From NCBI RefSeq assembly GCF_028641065.1, contig NC_073377.1:158038001-158102000 (forward strand): a stretch of 64,000 nt of DNA, written 5' to 3'. The DNA comes from Leucoraja erinacea. Taxonomy: Eukaryota. Below, piece after piece: positions 11,923 through 23,640 of this stretch. Both the position numbers and the translations under genes were made by a program. A model generated the notes under the pieces. That model was not told the origin of the DNA, ran no database searches, and was given only the letters and a program-made list of their open reading frames with translations. Positions within the stretch are counted from its first letter, which is position 1. Every line of letters begins with the position of its first letter.

Positions 11923-13083
11923 CAGTGCCCTCCATAATGTTTGGGACAAAGACCCATTGTTTATTTATTTGCCTTTGTTATTTATTTGAGATTTGTAATA
12001 GAGAAAAAAAAATCACATATGATTAAAGTGCACATTGTCAGATTTCAATAAAGGCCATTTTTATACATTTGGTTTTACCATATAGAAATTACAGCAGTGT
12101 TTATTCATAGTCCTGCCTCCATTTCAGGGCACCATAATATTTGGGACACATGGCTTCACAGGCATTTGTAATTGCTCAGGTGTGTTTAATTGCCTCCTTC
12201 ATTAAGGTATAAGAGAACTCCGCGACCTCCAGACTTTCCACCACCTTTGGAAACTTTTATTGCTGTGTATCAACATGAGGGCCAATGTTGTGCCAATGAA
12301 AGTCAAAGAAGCCATTATGAGACTGAGAAACAAGAATAAAACTGTTCGAGACATCAGCCAAACCTTAGGCTTACCAAAACCAACTGTTTGGAATATCATT
12401 AAGAAGAAAGAGAGCACTGGTGAGCTTACTAATCGCAAAGGAACCGGCAGGCCAAGGAAGACCTCCGCAGCTGATGACAGAAGAATTCTTTCTATAAAGG
12501 GCATGTCCCACTTAGCGATTTTTTCGGAGACTGCTGGTGTCATATCAGTGTCGCCAAATGATTATGAACATTTCAAATTCCAGCAGCAACAAAAAAATGT
12601 TGCGAGACTTGAAAAAAACACAGCGATGACATGTTACGTCAGTCAATGTCGCTGAAAAAAATCGCCAAGTAGGATAGGCCCTTAAGTCAATCTATAAGGC
12701 CAAGTCAATCACCCGATCTGAATTTAGTTGAGCATGCCTTTTATATGCTGAAGAGAAGACTGAAGGGGACTAGCCCCGAAACAAACATAAGCTAAAGACG
12801 GTTGCAATACAGGCCTGGCAGAGCATCACCAGAGGAGACTGGTGATGCCCATGAATCACAGACTTCAAGCAGTCATTGCATGCAATGGATGTGCAACAAA
12901 ATACTAAACATGATTACTTTCATTTACATGACATTGCTGTGTCACAAACATTATGGTGCTCTGAAATGGGGGTACTATGTATAAACACTGCTGTAATTTC
13001 TGCATGGTGAAACCAAAATGTATAAAAAAAACTTTATTAATATCTGACAATGTGCCGGCAACTTTAACCACATATGATTTTTC
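11923..13083 (+). mobile_element. Internally deleted Tc1-type transposon (IR/DR-type TIRs), right TIR truncated
   Basis: TA|CAGTGCCCTCCATAATGTTTGGGAC start. ORF 12260+ has paired-like HTH and GRPRKT. C-terminal SQSPDLN remnant at ~12700. Right TIR from ~12938. Confidence 0.85.
12498..12682. mobile_element. PIF/Harbinger-type MITE nested in the Tc1 element
   Basis: TIRs agggcatgtcccacttagcgatttttt / aaaaaatcgccaagtaggataggccct. TAA on both flanks. Confidence 0.8.
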
Positions 13084-13084
13084 T

Positions 13085-13377
13085 CCACTTGGCAGAGACC
13101 TCTAGGCTGAATATTGGTCTTCCACAATAGCTTACTGAATTCTATTCTTGATCCTTGAGTAGTCTTACCTTCTCCCTAGTTAACTTCTTGTTTTTAATTA
13201 TAGGTATAAAAAGCTTTGAGATTTTCTTTAATTCGACTCGCCAAACCCATTCCATTGACCCCTTTGGCCCTTCTAATACAACAAACTATGTTTTAGAGGT
13301 TTGAACACTATAGAAACATAGAAAATAGATGGAGGAGGAGGCCATTCGGCCCTTCGAGCCAGCACCGCCATTCATTG
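13085..13377 (-). mobile_element. CR1 fragment plus short HER1 3' tail
   Basis: Tail tagaaacatagaaaatagatggaggaggaggccattcggccc at 13310-13377. Upstream part resembles CR1 ORF2. Confidence 0.55.
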
Positions 13378-15230
13378 ACTATGTATGCAAACCATTCAAA
13401 ATATCAAGCCCTTTTCACTTGCTTGACCATAACTTTGACTTTTGTACGCAAATTACATGATTTTTAAAATAAAATGGCATTACAAGATTTTATATAATGC
13501 AAGTTTGAGCATCAACAGGCTATGCTCACAATAATTCAGTTGCATAAATTCCTGCTAATTCAGAAGCTGGAAAACCACTGCTGTGCAGCCAGAATGAGTA
13601 GAACTCCTGAAAACTACAACTCACTCAAGCATTTCCTTGTTAAATACTTTTACCTACCTCTGAAACATACAACCAAGCTATTTACTTGGTCTGCGTAATA
13701 TCTGCTTTAAAATAGCAGCATGGACCACCAATGATTCCAAACCTGCATCAATAGGCTGTGGCCCCAAAAATATCAGCAAACAAAATTGAACTGCTATAAT
13801 TTTAATCAGTCATTAAGAGTCCTGATATCTGAACTCTGTATTAGCAGAATCACTGAATACGATTTGCTCTCTTGAAATTCTGACCAGGGAGCATGTACTA
13901 TTATCCAGGTGCTTGAGAAAGCTATCAAATGTAGACATTTTAAAATGTAACATTCAAAGGTGTGGGCATTTTTCTCATTGTATAAAATAAATACAGGCAT
14001 CAAAATTCAAACTATTATAGTATTAGTTTGATTAAATATTAGAAATAAATCAAACATTCAGTATATGTAAATGAATTTAAAATGTTGAAGAATATGTAAA
14101 GTTTATTAACTCAATACTTCTGTGTTACCATTAATAGATAACACATGTACCATTTCTGCCAAGTTAAATTATATTTGCCAATGTTTCATGCGTATCTTTT
14201 AATTACAGTGACTTCGAAACACTATTATCATATTAAATGCATATTATACCAACTCATTGTGGGAGCAAATTATAAATAGATATTTTTTTATATAATAAAT
14301 TCAAATATGATACAAATTCAGATACAAAAATAAATCTTATTAGGCAAAAAAGGAGTCAACGTTTATAATAATGCTCCTCTTATATTACAATTAGGTGTGT
14401 ATCCAATCATCTCAAATACATTTAGTCCCGAAAGACAGGGAACAGTTGGAAATAATAAGGTAATAATTGAACCAACCAGAGACCATGGAATAAATGTCAT
14501 GAATATCAGAAACTCAAAACTGAATTAAAGATGCACGCCATTTGTAATTGCCTATAATATGTGAATAATTTACTTTTTAAATATTTTAAATTTCTCCATT
14601 CCAATCCAACCTTCCCAAATATATTTACATAGTTTTAGCATGTTAAAACAAGTAAGATGGAAACAAAACTGCTACATCTGACTAAACCAAATTACAAATC
14701 CTAACATCATGATACAACTTCATATTTTTCCATATTGTCACGATGACCACTCATATTTACACCAACATCATAATACACCACAAATGTACACTGTTCTGTA
14801 CAGGTCAAAATTCAGAGAATCCCCTGATGCGCGGAAGCTATCCTGTTTAACAAATTGAGTTTCAGAACACTCAATTTTTCTCTAAAAGGTATCAACAAAC
14901 ATCTTGAGAAATAATTCTAATGATTTACAAAAGATATGCAACACAGCACTAATTTTCTGCTTTCAGCAATCTTAGATTAACATCTGTATACTCTCTATTT
15001 AATGGTACACACGAGATCATGTTCCCAATTCATCAGCAAAATTACAAAGTGTATGCATTCTTTAATCAGGTAAGACATCAAGAAATTTCTGTACTATACC
15101 AATCCTCTCATTTTCATCTGGACATTTGCGAAACACAATGTCATATGTTTTTTGTAAGAGCACAGATGAAGCATGATCTTGAATTAATTTCACAACGTAA
15201 TTAAAAATACAAAATTATTGCCAAACTCAC

Positions 15231-17011
15231 CGTGACATTTTCTCAGGAACGTATCCTTGCAGTGAATAGCCGTCATTTTTTCCAGCAGGTATGGAGTTCT
15301 GTGGCATGACAGAGTGTGATTTCCAGGATCCAAGTACAGTGCACACAGGAGTAATTAAATTTAAAAGCTGAGGTCTCGCATCCCTCATAAAGGGGCAGGG
15401 CATTGAAATTGTGCCACTGGCTCCAATTCTGTAATGAAACGATTGTCCAGTTGAATTAACACCTACAATGGTAGATGGGGGTGAACAGGTGGCTTGGCAG
15501 TAGCCCTCGTCACTTGGCTCCTGTTTGATCACTGTTGTGTTTGGTTGTGAAAAGGCATCATGTCCATAACTAGAACTGGAGGAAGATGCAAGAGCCCCTA
15601 AACTCCCATAAAGGTCAAACACATCTCCATAAGTTGTCTTGAGATCAATCAACTGATGTGCAATTTCTGAAAATGGATTTTCTGAAACTTGGCCAGTATA
15701 CCCTGTGTTCAGACAGGCAGTTTCATTCATCTCACATTTTAAAGGCATTGAGAACGTTGAATTACATAGGTCTGAACTACCTCTACTTAGGAAACATGAA
15801 TCGCTAAAATCACTGTCTACTTCTGTTTTTATAAACTGAACAGGATTGCCAATGTTAATTGAACTTGTCTTTAAACAATCAGTTTTTGTTTTCTCTTCTT
15901 TAAATACATTAATTTCCTCATGAATCTGATTTCTTCCTGCTGGGTTCTGATTCAGATTAATGATCATTCTTGACCCAGTAGCGGGACTGCAGTTGGGAAA
16001 GTGCATATTATTTACAGCAGTGCTGGAGACAGAAGAGGGCACACTGTTATTATTAGGGCTGGACAAAAGGGTATTACTAGTGGAGGCAGAATGAGGGGAA
16101 GCGAGATTAGTAGGAGTGGAAAGAGGCGAATTCATGTTATTAGGACTGGAGACTGAAGAACACAGGTTACTGACATGGACAGGGCTGCTGATGGAAGAGC
16201 ACAAACTATTCATATTACTAGGGCTAGACATGGTTCGGCTACTTATCTTGGCAGAACCTGAGACAGCGCAATGAATGTCATTTGGGCTAGTGACAGAATT
16301 ATTCAAATGATTGATGTTATCAGGGCTAGAGATGGAAGATCCCAAATTGCTAACAGTGTCCGGACTAGATAGAGCTAAGTAATTTATTTTAGCAGGACTA
16401 GGAACACAAGAGTTCATATTGTTAGGACTTGATACTGAAGAGCATAAATTATTATAGTTTATAGGACTGGAGATGCATGAACCTCGACTATTTCTTCCAG
16501 GACTAGAGGATGTAGAACATCGTCTCATCCCTCTCTGTGACAAGATAGCTTTCACCTTTTCCTCTTGAAGGTTCAATTCTTGTTCACCATTTTCAGCAAT
16601 ATTGCTGGACCTCCCCTCCATTTGTTCAGTCTGCAGGCTGTAGGTAAACTCGCTCTCCACATCTTTTACAGAATCCATATACAAACCCATAGACTCTGCA
16701 ACAGTTTTTGAGAGTTCTTTAGCAGATCCGAGATGACACTTTGGATCTGAAGCAAGAAAACCAGGGTGCTGATACTGATGTTGTATTTGATAAGGTGGTT
16801 GATGATGAAGGATGGGAGAGACCTCCTGCCTCCTCTCTCCATTATCACTCTTTGAAACAGGTGGTATGCAACTAACATTAACAATAGTCATTTCATTGCT
16901 GTCACAGCTACCAATTTCATTGTCGGCAGCACTCAACGCAAGTTTGTTTAGAGGCCACTGTCTTCCAATATTCATTATTTCTGGGTAGTCAATATATCCT
17001 TTGGTCTCCAT
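15231..17011 (-). CDS. NR3C2: Mineralocorticoid receptor, first coding exon (exon 2; N-terminal domain, ~593 aa)
   Basis: Starts METKGY. Contains KELSKTVAESMGLYMDSV, Ser-Ser-Pro repeats, IKQEP, IVGVNSTGQSFHYRIGASGTIS and DGYSLQGYVPE, all typical of the MR NTD. Ends at phase-2 donor CG|GTGAGT (GT at 15230-15229). The ORF-track stop lies in the intron. Later exons lie outside the window to the left. Confidence 0.96.
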
Positions 17012-17952
17012 AGCTGTCTCTTTAATACACCTATAACAAAATTAAAGTCCATTTAAACATAATCCATCCTATTACACCTTTTCTGACAGATAAAATGCAT
17101 GCATCAGTACAAGTATAAAATGGGCTCCAATTTTTTTCAATTCGCATTACCTTTAGTAAATCTAATTAACTAGTGGTTAAATACATTCCTATGCCCTTTA
17201 GTATTTCAGGGTAAAACTTACCGCAGCTACTTCAGTTCAGATTTTCTGTTTAACTAGCTTTGAAGTTCACACAAAGACAGCTTATTACCAAAAGATTTGA
17301 TGCAGAAAGATATCTTGTGCAAGTTCTTTCAATTTATAAGCAATTGGTCATGAGGTGTTACTTAAAAATTTAAAATGCACATTTAAGAACACACGTTGAC
17401 ACAGGTGATATTTAAATATGCATACATTTCCATACAGACAATTGTGCAAAGAATAACTATCCCAGATCAGATAATTAAAACTAAAATCTTGCAACTTTCT
17501 CCCTTCTCTTGCTGAAAGTTTACGAATAATTGGACGATACAGGTGCATGTAGCATAAAACATATGCAGAACTAACTTATTCTCAGCCAGCTGGGATTTGT
17601 ACTCAACCCCAAAGGAATTCCTCTTGTTCTTTCTTGCAAAAGTTGGGATATTGTCCCTCGGGTTCTTATTTACAGGTGACTCGACAATGAAACGACTCCA
17701 CGGAACTGGATCGCTGTTATTGCTGAAGCGCCTGGATCTGCCCTGCTCCAGCGAGTTACTGATTTCGAATCCACGATCATTCGCCCTCACTTTCTTGCAT
17801 TTCGCCTCGCAACTGCTGGAGCTCTGTTATCCTTCATCTGATGCCTTAATATTTACCAGGCAACACTTAACTCTCAATTACAACTTCAGTCGTCCTGTCA
17901 ATAATAATGCAAAACATTAATTAAACTGTCAGCGCTGGTTTCTGCCACTTAC

Positions 17953-18230
17953 CCGTTTTCCCCGACGACTTGTTTTTAACGCTTTCTAGCCGATTCGGGC
18001 AAGGACACATTCAGATCAAACACGAAACGTGCACTCATTATATAGATCTTTAAAATATAAAAATATATGCGAGTGTCTGCTCGAACGTGTTATGTATTAT
18101 TTTTTCCACCAAAGTAGGGGCGGAGTGAGAACGGAAAGATTGGGCGGGTCCCTCTGCAAACTCTTCGCCAATTGCACACAAAGTGCTGGAGACCCGCCCG
18201 TGTCCGCCGCCGAATGGCTGCAAGCGGAGC
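17953..18230 (-). other. NR3C2: Candidate untranslated first exon of NR3C2 (proximal)
   Basis: Strong donor CGG|GTAAGT at 17953/17952, downstream of a TATTAAAA element and GC/CCAAT boxes. The 5' boundary is a guess. Confidence 0.5.
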
Positions 18231-19700
18231 GGACGTGCGGCGCTCTGCGGGACTTTTAATAGCCCCGGCCTCGCCAGTGGCTGCCGGAGCTGCCACTCGG
18301 GCGGGAGCTGCAAAGACATTTCCGAGGCCAAGTTGCAAAGGGAGCGGAGAGCCGCAGCGAGGAGCAACTTTGCGCAGCAGCGCCCGGAGATCGCCTCCCC
18401 GCCCAATGCACCGCAAAAACACCAGCTGACAGCCTCACCGCCCGGTACCTCTCTGCCACTTACTGCTGCCAGCCCAGCCTGTGCTGGCAAAACCTCAGTC
18501 AGGGGAATTGCTTTAATTTGTTAAAAATAAGGGACAAAATTGTTCCGCGTGTGTGACGCAATGCAAAAATAAAACCCCACGACTCTGCTTGGTGGGTTGA
18601 TTAAAGGCTCATTTTTAATGGTTGCCTCAAGTGGAAAAAAACCCACAATTTCCATGCAAAGCTTTCAGTTTTATGCCGACAAGAAACCTACCGGTGAGGA
18701 GGAGGAGGAGGAGGAGGAGGAGGAGGGGAGAGGTGCCCTTTCATATCCCCCGGTCTCGTTCCCTCATCCCCAATAAATAATCACAAGAGAAAAGTTAAAC
18801 TTCGCATCTGGAGATTGTAAGAAAGCCGCAGCTGTCCGGCTGGGCTGGGCTGGGCGTAGCAGCCAGAGATTTTACACCCTCCTCTCCACATCGCACTCTA
18901 TTTCGGGAAGGAAAGGTCAATCAGCGCGGAGTCTCGGCGATTTCAATCGGGGTCGTTTCATACTCGTTGCAGAGATATCTTCCGGGCTGTCAGTGACAGT
19001 CAGGTTAACAAACCGCGAAACCACCTGGCCTAATACCTACTGAAAATATATAGAGGTCCATAGAGAGAGAGAGAGAGTGCACAAACCTTCACATCCAAGT
19101 CATTGCGATATAAGGTCAGCGGACTCTACAGCAAGAAAGATCGAAGATCTTGAAGGTGCAATACTCTTTAAAAAAAAATTGTTTTAACAAAACAGTACAG
19201 ATCATTAAATCTCTCTCTCTGTGTGCAATCATGCAGCTGGAGGCTCGGCTCGGCTCGGCTCCCCGAATGAACAGTTGGGGGCTGTATTCCTTAATACAGG
19301 CCAAGTTCGCGAAACAAAACACAAACTGCGTGGTGAAACAGGGGCAAACTTTGTGCCCAGGAGAGTGTACGTCCGTCCGCCAGCCTGCCTGCCTTCCTTC
19401 GCTCCGCCGGGCTGTTGCCCGATGGTGTTGGCGAGGCGCTGAGACTCCTCCGGCAGCCCTCGCCGCCCTGATGTCAGGCTGTTTGTATTTACACGGCACT
19501 GGGCGAAATGCAAGGAGTAACCCGGCAAGAGCCAACACAAAACCAATGCAAAGGCCACCAGGCTTAACCCCAGCTACATCCTTGCGGATTTTGCCACGGT
19601 TTGTAGAATAAAAAACTACTCGACAGGATGTGGGTCAGCAGAGCGCCCCATCACACACGGCACTGCGCAGAGAATATGATTGTTCCCACCTTACTTGTCC
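18100..19700 (-). promoter_or_regulatory. NR3C2: CpG-rich NR3C2 promoter region
   Basis: Sharp CpG/GC enrichment in AT-rich, repeat-free DNA directly upstream of exon 2. GGGCGG boxes at ~18118, ~18142 and ~18397. CCAAT at ~18403. TATTAAAA (minus) at ~18254-18261. Confidence 0.7.
18696..18725. repeat. (GAG)n microsatellite, ~10 units
   Basis: gaggaggaggag run. Confidence 0.95.
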
Positions 19701-20405
19701 CGGACCTTTCTCAACGTATGTTTTATTTCTCTAAACTTTATTTTCTGCTTCAGAAAGGCATTACCAACCGCTGCGGAGTGTGCTTGGCATGTGAACTGTC
19801 AAGAAATTATAGTCCGTTCTTTTTCCGCATCTATTTAAACAAATGTTCTATCGTACCCGTCATGACTTCATTCTTTATGCATTGAAGTTGAACTCCTCTG
19901 TCCCCCACCAGCACACACACACTGCCCTAGTCTTTGCTTCACTGTCAACAAAGCACTTTTTTTTACCTCCCCATTCTTCACGTTCAGTTGCTTTCAGCTC
20001 CAAGGCGAGTTATTCTCTCCATATTCCATAACTTGATTCCCTACTTCCTTAGTTGCTCAACTTACTTGCTGGCTCGAAGGGCCGAATGGCCTACTCCTGC
20101 ACCTATTTTCTATGTTTCTCAATATCCCCCTCCCCTCCATCAACTGTTTCTGTCAAAGTAATTTGCACTCAAGTTGCAACTTGTGTCCCTGAATGTAAGT
20201 AGTTTGATCGTTCTCTTTCTCTATTAAGAATTTAGCAATCCAGATCTCTCGTCAAAAATCCAAGGAAATAGAAATCATACTTCCCAATGCTCAAAAATAA
20301 AGATAGATAATGTCAGCAAAATGAAGACTCGCCCATCTTGAAACTTCAAATACATTTCGAAGTTTAGAGAATGCACAATATGAAACGACCTGTAGTTATA
20401 TACAA

Positions 20406-20670
20406 CAGTGCTTCTTAAATTGGTGAATGAAAAATATTTTGGGGTGAATTAAATTAGAGGGGAGAATGAATTATTTTGGGGTGAATTAAACTAGAGGGGT
20501 GAATGAAGGGTGAATAATTTAATTTATTGAGATTTTTTTTTTTTCTATCTATTGCAGTCAGGCTGTGAGTGGGGTGTTGTGATTCGAGAGGGGTGGGTGG
20601 GAGGGAAAGGGCCCAGTCTTTGCAGACTGAAGTCAGGTTTTAAATAGGTGTGAATTGTTGTTGGTTGGGA

Positions 20671-20714
<44 letters not shown>

Positions 20715-22135
20715 GTTTCTGTTTATCAAACCTGCAGTGGAATTCATTCAGCTCATATAGACTCGCTTTTTCTGATTTTTCTTTGCTTGCAAATTAAGAC
20801 ACCAATTTGATGAAGGAATTCTTGCTATTGAGGGAGTGCAGCGTCGGTTTACAAGGTTAATTCCTGGGATGGCGGGACTGTCATATGCTGAGAGAATGGA
20901 GTGGCTGGGCTTGTATGCTCTGGAGTGTAGAAGGATGAGAGGAGATCTCATTGAAACATATAAGATTATTAAGGGTTTGGACACGCTAGAGGCAGGAAAC
21001 ATGTACCCGATGTTGGGGGAGTCCAGAACCAGGGGCCACTGTTTAAGAATAAGGGGCAAGCCATTTAGAAAGGAGACTAGAAAACATTTTTTCTCACAGA
21101 GAGTGGTGAGTCTGCGGAATTCTCTGCCTCAGAAGGTGGTGGAGGCAGGTTCTCTGGATACTTTCAAGAGAGGATTGGGCTCTTAAAGATAGCGGAGTCA
21201 GGGGATATGGGGAGAAGGCAGGAACGGGGTACTGATTGGGGATGATCAACCATGATCACATTGGCTCGAAGGTCCGAATGGCCTACTCTATTGTCTCTAC
21301 TGCACCTATTGTCTTTGTTGAAGTACCTAAAGAAACCAGCTCTAGAGGAAGAGTGTGCAGAAGGAAGTAGTTCATTTCTGAAAGAAAGTGAAACGAACAG
21401 GACTCAAGAGGAGGTATGTTCAGGAAACAGGTCACTTGTGAAGGGTGACAAGGGAACTGAGAATAACAAACTTAAAAATGCAGTTACCTATGTTACAGAT
21501 TATTACTCTGTTAATGATATGGGCAAGGAAAAACGTAATCTCAAGAGGAAATACCAGTACTCTCTCTTCAAAACTCATGAAAAGAAAGTGGAACAAAGAA
21601 TATATTGAGTGTGGCTTTTCCCTTCCCCAAGATGAACTAGCAAAATCCTACTCCCTCAGCTCAGTGCATGTTTTGCAGGGTAAAATATAGCAACCAGTGC
21701 CTGGCTCCTTCAAAATTACAGTAATTTAAGAACAAAACATAACAATCATCAAAACAAGTCCATACAGTTTTTCAAAAACACTCGTGAGTATTTGTGGAAG
21801 CAGCAGAATTTCTTCCAGTCGATGGTAAAGAATGACACTGTGACTAAAAAACTTCTTCTTGCCTATCTTCAAATAGCGCATGTGCTCATGAAAGAAAAAA
21901 AGCCATACACAGAGGCTGAGAAAGTTGTCAAACCGTGTTTGAAAATCGTTGCCAATCTACTACATGGTGGAAAGCAAGCAGTGGATAAAGTGGATTAAAT
22001 TATATATAAAATTATGCACAAGGGAGAATAAGACGGAAATTACCAAAAAACATAAGAACATTTAGTTGAGGGTGAATGAAATTTTGTGATAAAGACTCAA
22101 GGGTGAATGACACTAAAATAGTTTAAGAAGCACTG
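20406..22135 (+). mobile_element. Internally deleted hAT (Buster/Charlie-type) transposon
   Basis: Perfect 14-bp TIR cagtgcttcttaaa/tttaagaagcactg. Perfect 8-bp TSD atatacaa with central TA. Transposase remnants KRKWNKEYIECGF and IAHVLMKEKKPYTEAEKVVKPCLKIV. Confidence 0.9.
20809..21315 (+). mobile_element. HER1/CR1 3' fragment nested in the hAT element
   Basis: ORF 20836-21186 QRRFTRLIPGM...RGDLIETYKI...TRGH, followed by the HER1 tail. Confidence 0.88.
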
Positions 22136-22259
22136 ATATACAATATAGTATTAAAATGGGTTTTTTCCCCAAACAAAGCTACTTTTTAATACTTTTCTCA
22201 ATAATATTTTCATCTCAATAAAGCTTCTCAATTTTCTCCATAATGCAAATAGTGATGAA

Positions 22260-22830
22260 AGTTGAAGGTGGACAGTGTGGTGAAGGAGGCTTTTGGTACA
22301 GTGGCCTTAATCAGTTAGGGCATTGAATCTAGAAGGGTGAGGCGTTATGTTGAAGTGTACAAAACTTTGGTGAAGTTGGAATACTGTGTTCAGTTCTCAA
22401 AAAAATTGCGCTAAAAGTTTATGAAGATGTCGCCAGAACTCAAGGGACTAAGTTATACTGAGAGGTTGAGCAAGCTGGGACTTTATTCATTGCAGTGTAG
22501 GAGGTTGAAAGATGTTCTTACAGAGGTGTATAAACTGCTGTGGGGCATAGATACGGTGAATGCATACAACTTTTTCCCAGGGTTGGGGAATCAAGCAGTA
22601 GAAGGCATTGGTTTATGGTGAGAGAAGAAAGATTTAATAATGACACCAAGGACAACTTATTCCACAGAGTGTAGTATGTATATGCAACAAGTTGTCAGAG
22701 AAAGTGATTGAGGCAGGTATTATTAAAACATTTAAAATACATTTGAACAGGGGCATGGATAGGAAATATAGATGTGCATCTTAGTTGGCCAAAGAGACTG
22801 TTTCTGTGCTCTGTGACTTCATAACTCTGT
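22260..22830 (+). mobile_element. Old CR1 3' RT fragment
   Basis: LSYTERLSKLGLYSLQCRRLKDVLTEVYK. Confidence 0.7.
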
Positions 22831-23227
22831 GACTCCAATGGAAATATGCATAATCGAGGAAATTATAGACTGGTGAATCAATGGTAGGGAAGCTAATTCA
22901 AAGTTCAAAGTAAACGTTATTGTCAATTCAATTATGCAACAGTAGTTACACAGATTGAAATTACGTTTCCCCATACTCCAAATGTGCAAGTAATATTAAA
23001 AACACAGACAGACAACATACCAATAAAAATAGACAATAAACATTACATTATTTAAAATATTAAAATATTCACAGTGTGCCAAAATGTAGCAAAAACTTTG
23101 AGGTATTTTAAAAAGGGTGCAACAATGAAAGGTGCAATGGTAAGGACTCTCAGGATTAGGATTTTCTCCCCTTTGAAAGAGAATGGGTTAACTAGGGACG
23201 GCTAGCATGGCATTATCCTGAAGAGCA

Positions 23228-23428
23228 GGAGTAACTCAACGGGTTAGGCAGCATCCCTGGAGAAAAAGGATGGGTGTCATTTCAGGTCAGGACCCTTCTT
23301 CAGACTGAGAGAAGAGTCTGAAGAAAGGTCCCTTCATGAAATGTCACCCATCCTTTTTTTCTCCAGGGATGCTGCCTGGCCCGTTGAGTTACTCCAGCGT
23401 AAACCAGCATCTGTAGTTCGTTGTTTCC
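23228..23428. mobile_element. Palindromic PLE-derived mini element (older)
   Basis: ggagtaactcaacggg...cccttcttcagact-gagagaag-agtctgaagaaagg...cccgttgagttactcc. Confidence 0.8.
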
Positions 23429-23640
23429 AAATTTTGGCTTTGTCCAGGGCATGATTTGAGGAGGTGACAAAAGTGATTGATGAGGGGTTAGTCAAGTTTA
23501 ATTTAGTTTATTATTGGTAGGGAAGTGGATGGTGTCTACATGGACCTCAGTAAGGTATTTGGTAAGGTCCCTCATTATAGTCTGATCCAGAAGATTCCAA
23601 TGCATAGGATCCAAAGTGACTTGGAAATTTGGATTCAGAA

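Noticed and set aside
15227-15230. Stop codon making NR3C2 a single-exon 594-aa protein
   Set aside because: TGA lies within the GTGAGT splice donor; the DNA- and ligand-binding domains are in downstream exons outside the window.
18531-18546. Hormone-response-element-like gggacaaaattgttcc (similar at ~17567 and ~19670)
   Set aside because: Half-sites are separated by 4 nt rather than the 3 required for a canonical GRE/MRE.
18029-19611. Overlapping 70-150-aa ORFs on both strands
   Set aside because: Expected stop-codon scarcity in GC-rich promoter DNA; no recognisable domains.
20672-20710. Long G runs (also ~25487, ~29062, ~53664, C run ~3370) as G-quadruplexes
   Set aside because: All lie within transposons, and homopolymer length is unreliable in assemblies.
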